The notes beneath the pieces are model-generated. The model was given only the letters and a program-made list of their open reading frames with translations, was not told the DNA's origin and did no database searches. Position numbers and translations under genes: made by a program. Of a DNA stretch of 64,000 nt, positions 62,252 to 64,000 are shown in pieces. Numbering within the stretch: position 1 is the first letter of the stretch; each line of letters opens with the position of its first letter. The stretch comes from Oculina patagonica (Eukaryota): positions 15,562,001 to 15,626,000 of the forward strand of contig NC_135768.1 in NCBI RefSeq assembly GCF_052425735.1. The letters are read 5' to 3'.

Positions 62252-63841
62252 TTTTATTTTTTTTTTTTTTTCTCTCAAGAAATTTTCTGTAAGTTAGAAT
62301 TCCATATGGTAAAACTATCCAAAATACATCGATATCAAACAGAAAGAAAGCTTTACAATTTTCAAATAAACATCGCAAGTCTTTGAACATCATAAAACTG
62401 TGACGAAATAAAATGCGAACAAGCCCTGCAGTCGAAAGCTTACAAACATTCGAAATAATAGGCCTGCCATAGGCTTATATGGGGTCATAAGGTTTGTGCA
62501 TGGGGCGTATTTTTGGAGGGAAGAGATTGTTTTGGAAGGCTTTTCCTGCAAGTTTACGAACTGAATTAGATAGATGACAAGCATTCCTGGGAATTAATAA
62601 GGATTGATATGGTATATAAACGAATTATCCGTCTAGACGGATATTGAGAAGATAACGAATTCCAGTTCAGACGAATTATGAGCGATTACGGATCTAATAA
62701 ACCGGAATTAAAGAGGCAAAGGTTAAACTGTTTCTATATTTTCACGAGGATAATACGTCTAAAAATGAATAAAATATATCAGGAATGTTTTAAACAAGTA
62801 CAGAAATGTTGTCACCGTAATCATGCTTTTTTCAAATCCTGTGTATAATCTTGCTTAGTTAGATAGATGAAGTCGAAGTAAAGGAAATTGAAATGTCCGT
62901 TAAAACACAAAGCAGTCAAAACTAAGTTTGCTTGCTGTTATTCTTGTGGCTTATCAGATATTTTTTTTTATTCTATTTGCGGACACACCTTAACAAAAAT
63001 AAATCGCAGCTTTTTCTCTACCTTGCTCTGAGATTATGCCTTTGCAACAGTGCGGGCAGACCATAGTTGGTAGTAAATGTGAATAATCAATAAAAAAAGA
63101 AGAACTTACGAAGTGGCGAGCTATAACAAAAATAAGTCCGCACTGCCTACATGTGTCCAACCTCGTCCCCAGGAAGCGCCCTGGGAGAGGTACTTCTACT
63201 GCTTAGCTTTGTGATTATTGTATTGCTCGGTCATGGTAGCGAAATTTTTTGTTGCATAGATAGAGGGGGAAAAGAGTCAAAATTAAATTCAAGCCAACAG
63301 GGTAGAGGAGGTAGAATAATAAACAGTGTGATCTAAGAAGGACGGAGACGTAGCATATGTTATGCACCCTAGGGCCCTGAATTATGCACATAAGTACATT
63401 GTCACTTCTTTCAGATTGTTCCGTTTGTTCTACGTTGTCTCGCCGGAGGAACAGTATTCGATACTAACCCAAATAAGAAACCGCAGATTCTGACGCGACC
63501 CATTCTCGGCGAACGAGGAGCTTAGTGTCGGCGCTTCGCACTAGACACAAAAATATACCTGCAAGTCAGTATTTACTCTTTGTTTGGGTTTGAACAAGAA
63601 AGATTGCAAATAAAACAATATCTTGTATATAAAAACTCTTCTCAGCTTTTAATTCTTAATTGTTACCATGAAAGAAACAATTCTTCAGTTGCCCAGTTTT
63701 AACATAGTTGCAAACATTTTCCTCGCCAGTTCCCTCTCGGCCGCTGCCAGTGATTTGATCAGTAGACTGGTACGAGGTGACATCTCTCGAAGCGACCAGA
63801 TCCAGTCCCACCCGTTTTTCAAGGACATCAACTGGCACGAG
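59051..63841 (+). CDS. AGC-family (SGK/RSK/S6K-like) pseudokinase; exons 59051-59098, 59289-59886, 63708-63841; continues beyond the window
   Basis: Phase-compatible GT-AG junctions. AGC scaffold SPFWVNLRFTFQT..FYYILDF, ARFYAAEIAIALEELH, EDWKALG..MLTG, LSAAASDLISRL, IQSHPFFKDINW. Catalytic motifs are degenerate. Confidence 0.82.
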
Positions 63842-64000
63842 GTAAGATTAAGTTTTAATAAATATTTAACAAATCTATAACCACCAATACGACAAAGTTA
63901 AAGTAGATATGCATGTCAAGTTGAAAAAGACGATGAAAATACTGTAAAACTCTGTAAAGCCTCTTTTAAGCCCCATCTATAACCTTATTCAGCGAACTGT

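Noticed and set aside
63415-63560. Extra pseudokinase exon after TTCTTTCAG
   Set aside because: Stops occur in all three frames, and exons 2 and 3 already join in phase.

Overview
Eukaryotic, AT-rich, intron-containing genomic DNA. Its repeat types and gene content resemble an anthozoan cnidarian, probably a stony coral (inference). Genes, left to right: two tandem intronless class A GPCR paralogues with 55-aa repeat tails; a spliced single-pass membrane protein gene absent from the ORF track; intronless PTPDC1; two-exon DZANK1 head-to-head with an intronless 411-aa orphan across an RFX X-box promoter; a complete 16-exon ACTR3 (418 aa, assembled by hand); and the 5' part of an AGC-family pseudokinase whose activation segment is replaced by a Cys/His-rich loop. 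The most unusual non-coding structure is a ~9-kb nested transposon stack (16365-25282). It holds a hAT element with a 5-bp TSD and five Helentron-associated (HINE/DINE-1-like) elements that appear to have inserted into each other's A/(AAT)n tract. Two more HINE-like families sit in and beside ACTR3. All coordinates were read by eye and no searches were run. Long homopolymers suggest some consensus error.
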